From assembly GCA_963676795.2 (NCBI GenBank), contig CAXXTB010000002.1, positions 192,001 to 256,000 on the forward strand: DNA of 64,000 bases, written 5' to 3'. Below are positions 1 through 8,607 of the stretch, piece after piece (the first letter of the stretch is position 1; every line of letters starts with the position of its first letter). The position numbers and the translations under genes were made by a program. This DNA is from Geopsychrobacteraceae bacterium. GTDB taxonomy: Bacteria; Desulfobacterota; Desulfuromonadia; Desulfuromonadales; Geopsychrobacteraceae. The notes below the pieces were generated by a model that did no database searches, was not told the DNA's origin, and saw nothing but the letters and a program-made list of their open reading frames with translations.

Positions 1-1
1 G

Positions 2-388
2 GACAAATCGTCCGAACAGGGGATTCTGACCAGTATTGAAGCGGCTGATCCTGAAATGGCCGAAGAAATCCGCCGTCATATGTTCACCTTCGAAGATATG
101 GTGATGATCGATAGCCGCGGGATGCAGGCTGTTCTGCGCGAGGTCAGCACCGATATGCTGACCCTGGCCTTGAAGACGGCCAGCAATGAGATCAAAGAGA
201 AGATTTTTGCCAATATTTCCCAGCGGGCGGCCGATATGATTGCCGAGGATCTCGAGGCCATGGGGCCACGCAAGCTCTCAGAGGTCGAGGCGATGCAGTC
301 CGAAGTGGTGAGGGTGGCACTGAAGCTGGAAGAAGAAGGAACCATAGTCATTCCTGGACGAGGTGGTAGCGGCGATGAGCTTGTCTAA
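2..388 (+). CDS. fliG: Flagellar motor switch protein FliG, C-terminal part (5' end truncated by window)
   Basis: Open frame from window start; MFTFEDM...LALK...NISQRAADMIAEDLEAMGP...VEAMQ is the FliG C-terminal domain; precedes fliH. Confidence 0.95.
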   Translation, partial: DKSSEQGILTSIEAADPEMAEEIRRHMFTFEDMVMIDSRGMQAVLREVSTDMLTLALKTASNEIKEKIFANISQRAADMIAEDLEAMGPRKLSEVEAMQSEVVRVALKLEEEGTIVIPGRGGSGDELV

Positions 389-1052
389 AATCTACAGAGG
401 AGAACAGGCCGCCGGCCTGAGAGCATTTCAGTTCGCCTCATTCGGTGAGGGGGCCGTTCAACAGTGTGCGGAACCGGCTGAGTTTGTTGCCGATGGCAGT
501 CAGCAGGTCATGAACGCGGAGCCGTTTGAGCCAGCGGCGCCGGGACACAGTGCTGAAGAGCTCGAAGAGGCTTACGCCAAGGGCGTAAGCGATGGCCTGG
601 AGCAGGCCCGCCTGCAGTTCGGTGACAGTGCTCAGTCTCTGGCCGATGCGGCGACCCAGCTCAGTCGCCTGCGCGACGATCTGGCCCGCAACAGCTCACA
701 GGATATGCTGCGTCTGGTGATGGCTATTGCCGAACAGGTCATCCGCCGCGAGGCCCAGTCAGGTGCTGACGTGGTGCTCAAGATCATTGAGCATGCCCTG
801 CAGTCCTCGGTGCGGGCCGACCAGTACCGGGTCAAGGTCAATCCTGACGATCTTGACAAGGTCGTCGAAAACAAGCCGCTCTTTCTGGCCAGTATCGGTG
901 GCCTGAAAAACCTCTCCGTTGAAGCCGATCCCGCTGTTTCACAAGGCGGCTGTCTGGTCGAGTCGGAGCTGGGGGAGGTCGATGCGACCATCGAAACCCA
1001 GCTGTCTTCCATTCGGCAGGTTCTCGATGAGGCGATCGCGGCGAAACGATGA
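375..1052 (+). CDS. fliH: Flagellar assembly protein FliH
   Basis: AYAKGVSDG repeat region; C-terminal DPAVSQGGCLVESELGEVDATIETQL; lies between fliG and fliI. Confidence 0.92.
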   Translation: MSLSKIYRGEQAAGLRAFQFASFGEGAVQQCAEPAEFVADGSQQVMNAEPFEPAAPGHSAEELEEAYAKGVSDGLEQARLQFGDSAQSLADAATQLSRLRDDLARNSSQDMLRLVMAIAEQVIRREAQSGADVVLKIIEHALQSSVRADQYRVKVNPDDLDKVVENKPLFLASIGGLKNLSVEADPAVSQGGCLVESELGEVDATIETQLSSIRQVLDEAIAAKR

Positions 1053-2365
1053 GATCCCTGGTCGATTGCGTCAAAGCTGTCAATCCGCTCAAGGTCAGCG
1101 GCAAGGTTATCCAGATCGTCGGGCTGGTCGTCGAAGGCTACTGTCCGACAGCGACGGTCGGCACCCTCTGTCAGCTGATTCCTCTCGGCGGCGGTGAGCC
1201 GGTTCCTGCCGAGGTGGTCGGTTTTCGCGATTCCAAGGCATTGCTGATGCCGCTTGGCGAGCTGCGGGGCCTGGGGCCGGGCAGTCTGATCCAGGTGGTG
1301 CGCGACCGGGCGACGCTCAATGTCGGCAATCAGCTGTTAGGCAGGGTTCTCGACGCCCTCGGTCAGCCGCTCGATGAGCTGCCGATACCATTCTGTCCTG
1401 ATGAAATGCCGCTCTACGCGCTGCCGCCAGGTCCCATGGCGCGCAAGCCGATCAAAGAGCCGCTCGATCTCGGCGTGCGCGCGATCAACGGTCTGTTGAC
1501 CTGCGGCATCGGCCAGCGGATGGGGATCATGGCCGGTTCCGGGGTCGGCAAGTCGGTGCTGCTCGGTATGATGGCCAAGCACACGGTCGCTGATGTCAAC
1601 GTCATCGCCCTGATCGGTGAGCGTGGCCGTGAAGTCCGCGAGTTCCTCGAGCGCGATCTTGGCCCCGAAGGGGTTGCGCGCTCGGTGGTTATCTGTGCGA
1701 CCTCCGACCAGTCGCCGCTGCTCAGGATGCGTGGCGCCTTTGTCGCCACAACCGTTGCCGAGTATTTCTGCAGGCAGGGGAAAAACGTTCTGCTGCTGAT
1801 GGATTCGGTCACCCGTTTCGCCATGGCGATGCGCGAGGTCGGTCTGGCGATCGGCGAGCCGCCGACCACCAAGGGCTATACCCCGTCGGTCTTCGCCACC
1901 CTGCCGAAACTGCTCGAGCGTGCCGGCAGCTTTTCCGGCCAGGGGAGTATCACCGGGCTCTATACGGTACTGGTCGAAGGGGACGATATGAATGAGCCGA
2001 TCGCCGACTCGGTCCGCTCCATCCTCGATGGTCACATCGTGCTATCCCGTGATCTGGCCGCCCGTAACCATTTCCCGGCGATCGACGTGCTGCGCTCGGC
2101 CAGTCGGGTCATGCGCGATATCGTGCCGGAGGAGCATATGCAGGCCGGTGGCCAGGCCCGTGAGATTCTGGCGACCTACAAGGAGGCGGAAGACCTGATC
2201 AATATCGGCGCCTACGCCGAAGGGAGCAACAAGCGGATCGATTACGCCATCTCCAGGATCGAGGCGGTCAACGGGTTTCTCAAGCAGGGAATGAACGACG
2301 CTGTCGACCTGGAAACCACTCTGGCCGAGCTGACTGAGCTGCTGCTCGACCGCAGGCGGGGGTAA
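1049..2365 (+). CDS. fliI: Flagellar export ATPase FliI
   Basis: Walker A AGSGVGKS, IGERGREV, LLLMDSVTRFA, GEPPTTKGY, ILDGHIVLSR. Confidence 0.98.
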   Translation: MRSLVDCVKAVNPLKVSGKVIQIVGLVVEGYCPTATVGTLCQLIPLGGGEPVPAEVVGFRDSKALLMPLGELRGLGPGSLIQVVRDRATLNVGNQLLGRVLDALGQPLDELPIPFCPDEMPLYALPPGPMARKPIKEPLDLGVRAINGLLTCGIGQRMGIMAGSGVGKSVLLGMMAKHTVADVNVIALIGERGREVREFLERDLGPEGVARSVVICATSDQSPLLRMRGAFVATTVAEYFCRQGKNVLLLMDSVTRFAMAMREVGLAIGEPPTTKGYTPSVFATLPKLLERAGSFSGQGSITGLYTVLVEGDDMNEPIADSVRSILDGHIVLSRDLAARNHFPAIDVLRSASRVMRDIVPEEHMQAGGQAREILATYKEAEDLINIGAYAEGSNKRIDYAISRIEAVNGFLKQGMNDAVDLETTLAELTELLLDRRRG

Positions 2366-2468
2366 GGATGGACCATCTCAAATTTGAAATTTCAGATTTC
2401 AGATCGCCGGAGGCGGTAAGGGTGGACCATTTCAGATTTGAAGTTTCAGCTTTGAAATCGCCGGAGGC
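2361..2468 (+). repeat. Two tandem 54-bp units (2361-2414, 2415-2468), each containing four ATTTCAG/ATTTGAA-like heptamers
   Basis: ggtaaggatggaccatctcaaatttgaaatttcagatttcagatcgccggaggc versus ggtaagggtggaccatttcagatttgaagtttcagctttgaaatcgccggaggc. Confidence 0.9.
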
Positions 2469-2474
2469 GTGCTG

Positions 2475-2915
2475 ATGGCGTACAAATTCAAACTTCAGTC
2501 GGTACTCAACTATCGGCAGATCCTTGAGGATCAGGCTCAGCAGCAGCTCTCAAGCAGTCTGCAGCAGCGCCTCGAGCTGCAGCAGCAGATGACTCGCGTC
2601 GCAGAGCGCCTGATGCAGACCGACCGGGAGCTCAAACTTAAACAGCAAAAAGGGATGGATATCGCCGATCTGACCCTTTTCGAGGATCAGATCAGCCACT
2701 GTCAGCGCCAGTTGGATCTGTTGCGCAAACAGCAGCTCAGGCTGGAAAGAACCATCGATGAACAGCGTCAGGAGCTGTTGCAGGCCTCTATGGAACGTCA
2801 GGTCATGGAAAAGCTCAGGGACAAACAGAAAGACGAATATCTGCGGGCAGAAGGGCGCAAGGAGCGTGAGCTGCTTGATGAAATCAGCCTGCGGGGTAAA
2901 GGAGACAGCCAATGA
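2475..2915 (+). CDS. fliJ: Flagellar export protein FliJ
   Basis: YKFKLQSVLNYR N-terminus, coiled coil, ERQVMEKL...ELLDE C-terminus; follows fliI. Confidence 0.93.
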   Translation: MAYKFKLQSVLNYRQILEDQAQQQLSSSLQQRLELQQQMTRVAERLMQTDRELKLKQQKGMDIADLTLFEDQISHCQRQLDLLRKQQLRLERTIDEQRQELLQASMERQVMEKLRDKQKDEYLRAEGRKERELLDEISLRGKGDSQ

Positions 2916-3454
2916 AACGGATGATGTTCTGGCTGCTGGTCCTGGTGAGTCTGGGAGCCGTCGGTTTTGCCGCAGATGCCACGCCGGGCACTGAAAACGA
3001 TACGACCATCTCTTCGGTCGAAGAGCGCCGTATCCTCGTTTCCGTGGAACAGGAACGGGCGAAATTGCTGGAACGGGAAAAAGAAGTCGATGGCCGGGAA
3101 ATGCAGCTAAAGACTCTTGAGGGCGAGGTCGATAAGAAGCTCGCAGAGATGCAGAGCCTAAGGACGGAACTGCTCAACCTGATCGAGAGCAACAAGCAGG
3201 CCGAGCAGAAAGTGCAGGATCTGGTCAAGCAGGTCGAAACGGAGCGAATCTCCGAACTGAGCCTGATGTACGAGAAGATGAGCCCGCAGAAGGCCGCAAT
3301 TCTGCTAAAGGATCTTGATCAGGATGTCGCAGTCGGCGTGCTCCTCGGGCTGAAGAAAAAGTCGGCCGGAAAAATTCTCGACAGTCTTGATGCGGACACG
3401 GCGATCCAGCTCAGCTCAGCGCTTACCGAGATCGATATCCCGGATACGCAATAG
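2912..3454 (+). CDS. MotE/YlxF-like flagellar protein (signal peptide, coiled coil, MgtE-N-like domain)
   Basis: Hydrophobic N-terminus; YEKMSPQKAAILL...AGKILDSLD motif; typical position between fliJ and fliK. Confidence 0.8.
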   Translation: MKRMMFWLLVLVSLGAVGFAADATPGTENDTTISSVEERRILVSVEQERAKLLEREKEVDGREMQLKTLEGEVDKKLAEMQSLRTELLNLIESNKQAEQKVQDLVKQVETERISELSLMYEKMSPQKAAILLKDLDQDVAVGVLLGLKKKSAGKILDSLDADTAIQLSSALTEIDIPDTQ

Positions 3455-3503
3455 CGGGAACAGTCCGCAACGAACCTTATCCCATAGAAAGGAGGTGAAT
3501 GAG

Positions 3504-5105
3504 ATGCAAACAGTCATGAACGTCGATATGGCATCGACCGTTGGAGACAATCTGTTTTCCTCCAGAACGACATCCGCAGGCAGCCAGGATTTCGGGCGGG
3601 TCATGAACGAAGCCCGTCAGGCCGGGAAGAAGTCTGAAGTCAACACTGGCGAAGCCAGGTCTGAACAAAAGGCAATCCAGCAAAAATCGCATAAGCAGGC
3701 TGAACGGCCGGAAACGGCGGATCAAACCGATGCTGTCGCTCAGACAGATCAGGTCGAAGCTCAGCAGGCTGGCATCACTGACGACGCTGCTGTCATCAAC
3801 AAAAAGCCTGAAAAGGTTCAGCACGAGCTGGTAAACCTGCTGCAGACTCTGGCAGAGGTCTCTGACCAGGTCAGTGATTCGCAAGAGGTCGATCTGGATG
3901 GGCTGCTGAGTCAGTTGGTGACAACTCTGAACGATGCAGTTGACAACAGCGAGCTGCATGGCGAGCATGTGGTCGCCGGGGTTGATCTTTCGCCCTTGGT
4001 CGATATGCTCAAGGACCTTGAGTCGTCTGAGGATCCGCAGGCCACCCTCTCCGGGTTGACTGATCAGCTCAAGGAGCAGTTGCACGCTCTGTTTGAAACC
4101 AGAGAAAGCGGTGCTGCGGCGGTTTCTCCTGAGGTTGTTGCTCAGGCTCCTGGCGTTGTCCCTGTGACGGAAACTCTTGCCCAGGCCCGTCAGTTGCTGC
4201 AGAAAGCCATTGACGCAGTTGCCTCTCAGAACGAAAACGAGGTGGCTGGCGGTGATGAGCAGCAAGTTGTTGGCGAGGATCTGTCGTTGTTCAAAACAGA
4301 GACAAAGGACGAGATCGATCCGCGCTTTGCCGGACTGCTGAATGTTCGTCAACAGTCGCGCAGCGGCTCTGACGCTTCAACGGTTCCTGTCAACGGGCAA
4401 AAAAACAGCGAGCAGGTTGCCAGTGGAAGCGCGGTAACCACTGAAGCGTCCCCGGCTGAAGGACTTGAAGCTCAGGTTCCGGCTCAGTCTCAGGCTGCGG
4501 TCCCGTCTCAGCCTCAGGTCGAAGCAGGACCGCAACAGGCAACGGCGCATAATGTCACGCAGTCTCAGGGACAGGCCCAACTGGCCGGTCTGAATGCGCA
4601 ACCTCAGGCCAACGGCGTACAGGTTTCTGTGCAGCCCCAGGCACAGCAGGTTTTTACTCTGGCCAGCGGAACTCAGGTCAGTGAGAGTCAGATCTTTGAT
4701 CAGGTTGTCACACATATCTCCGGCAGCGCCAACGGTGAAACCGGACGTATGGTTGTCCGCCTCAACCCCGCCGAACTGGGCAGCCTCAAGCTGGATCTGC
4801 AGGTCGAAGGGGACAAGGTTCGCGCCAATATCCATGCCCAGAGTCAGCAGGTTCAGGAAGTGATCGAACGTAACCTGCCGCAATTGCGCAATGCCCTGGC
4901 CGAACAGGGGCTGAAGATCGATCAGTTCCAGGTCAGTGTCGATCAGCAGCAGGATCAGAACCGCTTTGCCGGACAGCAGCAACAGCAGTCACGCAATTCT
5001 TCCGCCCGGCAGATCTGGCACAACGAAGGGACGGCAGAAGAACAGTCGATCCCCCTGGCCCACCTGGTTCAGAACGGTGGCGGAGGCATCAGCCTCCACG
5101 TCTAA
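3504..5105 (+). CDS. fliK: Flagellar hook-length control protein FliK
   Basis: Strong SD AGGAGGTG ahead of ATG 3504; low-complexity middle region; C-terminal LNPAELGSL...LPQLRNALAEQGL domain; precedes flgD. Confidence 0.93.
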   Translation: MQTVMNVDMASTVGDNLFSSRTTSAGSQDFGRVMNEARQAGKKSEVNTGEARSEQKAIQQKSHKQAERPETADQTDAVAQTDQVEAQQAGITDDAAVINKKPEKVQHELVNLLQTLAEVSDQVSDSQEVDLDGLLSQLVTTLNDAVDNSELHGEHVVAGVDLSPLVDMLKDLESSEDPQATLSGLTDQLKEQLHALFETRESGAAAVSPEVVAQAPGVVPVTETLAQARQLLQKAIDAVASQNENEVAGGDEQQVVGEDLSLFKTETKDEIDPRFAGLLNVRQQSRSGSDASTVPVNGQKNSEQVASGSAVTTEASPAEGLEAQVPAQSQAAVPSQPQVEAGPQQATAHNVTQSQGQAQLAGLNAQPQANGVQVSVQPQAQQVFTLASGTQVSESQIFDQVVTHISGSANGETGRMVVRLNPAELGSLKLDLQVEGDKVRANIHAQSQQVQEVIERNLPQLRNALAEQGLKIDQFQVSVDQQQDQNRFAGQQQQQSRNSSARQIWHNEGTAEEQSIPLAHLVQNGGGGISLHV

Positions 5106-5141
5106 AAGTATAAAAATTCTAAAGAAAGGAGGATTAGATAG

Positions 5142-5810
5142 ATGGCGGCAATCAGTGGAATCGATACAGGCTATTCAATCAGCAGCCTGACCTCGTCGAA
5201 AACTGAAGACGTGTCGATGGGCAAAGAGGATTTTCTGACCCTGCTCGTCGCTCAGCTGCAGAATCAGGATCCGATGAACCCTTCCGATGCGACTGAATTC
5301 ACGGCCCAACTTGCCCAGTTCAGTCAGCTGGAGCAGTTGACCAACGTCAACAGCAGCCTGGAAGGCTTGGCAACCATGAGCAGCGAGATGCAGCGCATGT
5401 CGGCACTTGGCCTGATTGGTCAGGATGTCGTCGCCCAGGCCGATGAGTTCGACTTCAACGGTGAGTCCGTTGAACTGGGTTATCGTCTCGACAGCCCGGC
5501 CGAGGATGTCAAGCTTTACGTGCTGGGTTCAAGCGGCGCAACCCTGGCGACCCTGACAGCACAGGACACCTCGGCGGGAGAACATTTCTTCAGCTGGGAT
5601 GGCACGACCGACACCGGCATGCCGTTGGTGGCGGGGCATTACAGCCTGGTGGCCAGGGCTGTCGACGCCGATGAAGCCCTGTTGAACTGTCAGACCCTGG
5701 TTCAGGGGCAGGTCAGTGCCGTTGACTTGAGTGCCGAACCGGCACAGCTGGAAACAACGGCGGGCACCTTCTCGATCTCCAAGGTCGATAAGGCAGGGGC
5801 GGTCCTATGA
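5142..5810 (+). CDS. flgD: Flagellar hook capping protein FlgD
   Basis: MGKEDFLTLLVAQLQNQDPMNP...EFTAQLAQFSQLEQ motif. Confidence 0.97.
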   Translation: MAAISGIDTGYSISSLTSSKTEDVSMGKEDFLTLLVAQLQNQDPMNPSDATEFTAQLAQFSQLEQLTNVNSSLEGLATMSSEMQRMSALGLIGQDVVAQADEFDFNGESVELGYRLDSPAEDVKLYVLGSSGATLATLTAQDTSAGEHFFSWDGTTDTGMPLVAGHYSLVARAVDADEALLNCQTLVQGQVSAVDLSAEPAQLETTAGTFSISKVDKAGAVL

Positions 5811-6190
5811 GTGATGATCTGACCATTATCCCGCAACCGATCGGGGTTGCCAGGCCTCAACAGGCCAAGGGAGTGCAGCAGGCTCAGAGGAGCGGCCAGA
5901 GTTTTGATCAGCTGCTCAACAAGAAGATAGATCAGGGCAGTGTCAAGTTTTCCCGCCACGCCAGTGAACGGATGCAAAGTCGCGGTATTTCCTTTGATGC
6001 CGGACAGCTGCAGCGTCTCGAGAGCGCCGTCTCCCAGGCCAGCGCCAAGGGGTGCAGGGAATCGCTGGTGATGCTGGATGAAACAGCCCTGGTGGTCAGC
6101 GTAAAAAACGATACCGTGGTCACAGTGGTTGATCGCGAACAGATGAAAAACAACGTTTTTACAAATATCGACAGCGCAGTAATCGCTTAA
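5807..6190 (+). CDS. TIGR02530-type flagellar operon protein (function unknown)
   Basis: FSRHASERMQSRGI, ESLVML, VVSVKNDTVVTVVD, NVFTNIDSAVI motifs; sits between flgD and flgE. Confidence 0.88.
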   Translation: MSDDLTIIPQPIGVARPQQAKGVQQAQRSGQSFDQLLNKKIDQGSVKFSRHASERMQSRGISFDAGQLQRLESAVSQASAKGCRESLVMLDETALVVSVKNDTVVTVVDREQMKNNVFTNIDSAVIA

Positions 6191-6192
6191 TC

Positions 6193-6246
6193 CGAACCGG
6201 TCCTCTTGGAGGAGGTTCGCAAGCCGCCGACCGATAGACGCGGCTT
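6193..6246 (+). ncRNA. Candidate structured cis-regulatory RNA in the flgE leader (two hairpins, possible pseudoknot)
   Basis: Stem CGAACC/GGTTCG enclosing TCCTC/GAGGA; second stem AAGCCGC/GCGGCTT; its loop GACCG is complementary to CGGTC in hairpin 1; no U-tract. Confidence 0.55.
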
Positions 6247-6264
6247 CCCAAAAGGAGAGACAAG

Positions 6265-7596
6265 ATGGGTGTATCCAGTTCTTTGTACAGTGGTGTCAGT
6301 GGCTTGAACGCCAACGGTAACGCCATGAGCGTTATCGGTAACAATATTGCCAACGCCAATACAGTCGGTTTTAAATCGAGCCGGGCGATCTTCGGTGACC
6401 TGCTCTCCAGCCAGATCTCGGGCTCCGGCGGGATTTCCCAGGTTGGCCGCGGGGTCGGCCTGTCGATCGTCGACAACATCTTCAGCCAGGGCACCTTTGA
6501 AAACACCGAAACCAATACCGATCTGGCAGTTGAAGGGGCCGGTTTCTTTATCGTCAGTGATCCGTCAACTGGAAATACTGTCAATAACTATACCCGGGCC
6601 GGAGCCTTCCGCTTTGATGCCAATGGCTACATGGTGAACCCGGAAGGTTACAATGTCATGGGTTACCAGCTGGATGAAGAGGGTAATGCTATCGGTGACC
6701 TGACGCCGATCTGGGCCAACACCCAGTCTTTTACCCAGGCGGGTTATACAGCGAATATCGATCTGAATACCAACCTCGATTCCGATTCGATAGCCATTCC
6801 GACCGGCTTCGATCCTCTCGATCCGACCAACTCATCCAACTATGCAACCTCGATCCAGGTCTACGACAGTCTGGGGAGTACCCACCTGATGACCACCTAT
6901 TTCACCAAGACGGCCGATCAGTCCTGGCAATGGAACACGGTTGTCGACGGCGGCGAGCTGACCGGGGGGACTGCCGGCGTTCTCGAGGTTGTCGGGAGCG
7001 GAACGCTGGGTTTTGATGCCAGCGGTGACCTGATCACTATCGACGGCAACGACCTGTACACGACCCCCGGCGATACCTCAAGCGACCCGGTCAATCCTCG
7101 ACCGGCTGCTGTGACGACCGCCGGTGCTCTCGACTGGAACAACGGGGCGATTCAGACCCAGCAGGTGTCGATCGATATGCAGACCAGTCAGTATGCCAGC
7201 CCCTCGGTCGTGGTTTCCCAGGAGCAGGATGGCTACGGAACCGGTACCCTGGTGAAGTTGAGTGTCGATGAGCTCGGCAATGTCGTTGGTAACTTCTCCA
7301 ACGGCACACCGCGTAAACTGATGCGTCTCGCTCTGGCCAAGTTCACCAACCCGAACGCTCTTGATAAGGTTGGCAACAATATGTTCGCCCAGAGCAACAA
7401 TTCCGGTGTTCCGGTTATCGGTACCGTTGGCTCAGGTGTCGGTAATATCTTTACCAATGCGCTGGAACTTTCCAACGTCGATCTGGCCCAGGAGTTTGTC
7501 AAGATGATAACCACCCAGCGCGGTTTTTCGGCCAACTCGAAGACGATCACCACGACGGACGAAATGCTGACAGAGGTTATTAATCTGAAACGCTAA
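6265..7596 (+). CDS. flgE: Flagellar hook protein FlgE
   Basis: GNNIANANTVGFKS, TDLAVEGAGFF, YTRAGAF, LELSNVDLAQEFVKMITTQRGFSAN. Confidence 0.98.
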   Translation: MGVSSSLYSGVSGLNANGNAMSVIGNNIANANTVGFKSSRAIFGDLLSSQISGSGGISQVGRGVGLSIVDNIFSQGTFENTETNTDLAVEGAGFFIVSDPSTGNTVNNYTRAGAFRFDANGYMVNPEGYNVMGYQLDEEGNAIGDLTPIWANTQSFTQAGYTANIDLNTNLDSDSIAIPTGFDPLDPTNSSNYATSIQVYDSLGSTHLMTTYFTKTADQSWQWNTVVDGGELTGGTAGVLEVVGSGTLGFDASGDLITIDGNDLYTTPGDTSSDPVNPRPAAVTTAGALDWNNGAIQTQQVSIDMQTSQYASPSVVVSQEQDGYGTGTLVKLSVDELGNVVGNFSNGTPRKLMRLALAKFTNPNALDKVGNNMFAQSNNSGVPVIGTVGSGVGNIFTNALELSNVDLAQEFVKMITTQRGFSANSKTITTTDEMLTEVINLKR

Positions 7597-7603
7597 TATT
7601 CTG

Positions 7604-7617
7604 GTCAAAATTATGAC
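7604..7617. promoter_or_regulatory. FleQ/FlrA-type enhancer-binding box (GTCA-N6-TGAC)
   Basis: GTCAAAATTATGAC, about 110 bp upstream of the sigma54 motif at 7723. Confidence 0.55.
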
Positions 7618-7625
7618 TTACTATG

Positions 7626-7664
7626 AGAGGGCTGCTCCAGTGACATGGACAGCCCTCTTTTTTT
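7626..7664 (+). terminator. Rho-independent terminator after flgE
   Basis: AGAGGGCTG...CAGCCCTCT stem with an inner TCCA/TGGA pair, followed by a T run. Confidence 0.85.
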
Positions 7665-7722
7665 GTTTTATAACAAACTGTAATTCGTATGGTTTTTATT
7701 TGTTGGAAAACGCTATGGAAGA

Positions 7723-7738
7723 TGGCATACAATCTGCT
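7723..7738 (+). promoter_or_regulatory. Sigma54 (-24/-12) promoter for the motA operon
   Basis: TGGCATACAATCTGCT: GG-N10-GC spacing is exact; AT-rich intergenic region after the terminator. Confidence 0.7.
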
Positions 7739-7829
7739 TAGTATCAAAACGGCAGCTTTATGCTAGATTTTAGTGTCATCTTTTTGGACAGAAGAGTTGG
7801 CAGATTCTTGAAACGGATCGGGGAAAATT

Positions 7830-8594
7830 ATGGATATAGCCACTATAATCGGCCTGCTGGCGGCCTTCGGTTTGATGATCTCCGCTATCATGCAGGGCGG
7901 TTCGCTGATGATCTTCATCGATGTTGCTTCGATGATCATCGTTATTGGCGGAACTATCGGTACCATTCTGGTCCATTTCCCGCTAGGGGACATCCTCGGT
8001 GCATTCAACGTTGCCCGTAAGGCCTTTTTTCATAAATCACAGTCTCCGGTTGAGACCATTACAAAACTGACCACTTTCGCCGGCAAAGCGCGGAAAGAAG
8101 GGATACTTTCCCTGCAGTCTGTCATGAACGAGATCGATGACGATTTTTTTCTCAAGGGGTTGCAGATGGCAGTTGACGGCCAGGAACCGGAAGCCCTGAG
8201 TGATCTGCTCGACAAGGAGATCGAATATGTCATGGAACGTCATGACAAAGGGGCGGATATCTTTAGCGCCCTGGCCTCCTATTCTCCTGCGATGGGGATG
8301 ATCGGTACTCTGATCGGTCTGGTCCAGATGCTGCAGAATATGAGTGACCCATCTTCTATTGGTCCGGCGATGGCGGTTGCTCTGCTGACGACCTTTTACG
8401 GCGCGGTTATTGCCAACGTTATTGCGACGCCGATAGCCGGCAAACTGAAGTTACGCTCTGCCAGTGAAATTTTGAACAAAACCCTGATCAATGAGGGGAT
8501 GAAAGCGATTCTGGAAGGGGAGAATCCGCGCCTGATGGAGCAGCGCCTGCACGCTTTCATCGCCCCGAAACTGCGACAGAGCAATTTCAATTAA
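7830..8594 (+). CDS. motA: Flagellar stator A subunit (MotA/PomA)
   Basis: ARKEGILSL, PAMGMIGTLIGLVQML, IGPAMAVALLTTFYG, GENPR. Confidence 0.96.
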   Translation: MDIATIIGLLAAFGLMISAIMQGGSLMIFIDVASMIIVIGGTIGTILVHFPLGDILGAFNVARKAFFHKSQSPVETITKLTTFAGKARKEGILSLQSVMNEIDDDFFLKGLQMAVDGQEPEALSDLLDKEIEYVMERHDKGADIFSALASYSPAMGMIGTLIGLVQMLQNMSDPSSIGPAMAVALLTTFYGAVIANVIATPIAGKLKLRSASEILNKTLINEGMKAILEGENPRLMEQRLHAFIAPKLRQSNFN

Positions 8595-8607
8595 GGCGGA
8601 TCTATCG

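Noticed and set aside
2361..2468. Possible mini-CRISPR array
   Set aside because: The would-be spacers resemble each other (heptamer arrays), there are only two units, and no cas genes are in the window.
3387..3503. N-terminal extensions in the ORF track (fliK, fliP, flgH, fliW, YhcH, GT61 and others)
   Set aside because: They overlap upstream genes, and downstream starts have better SD sequences and match family N-termini.
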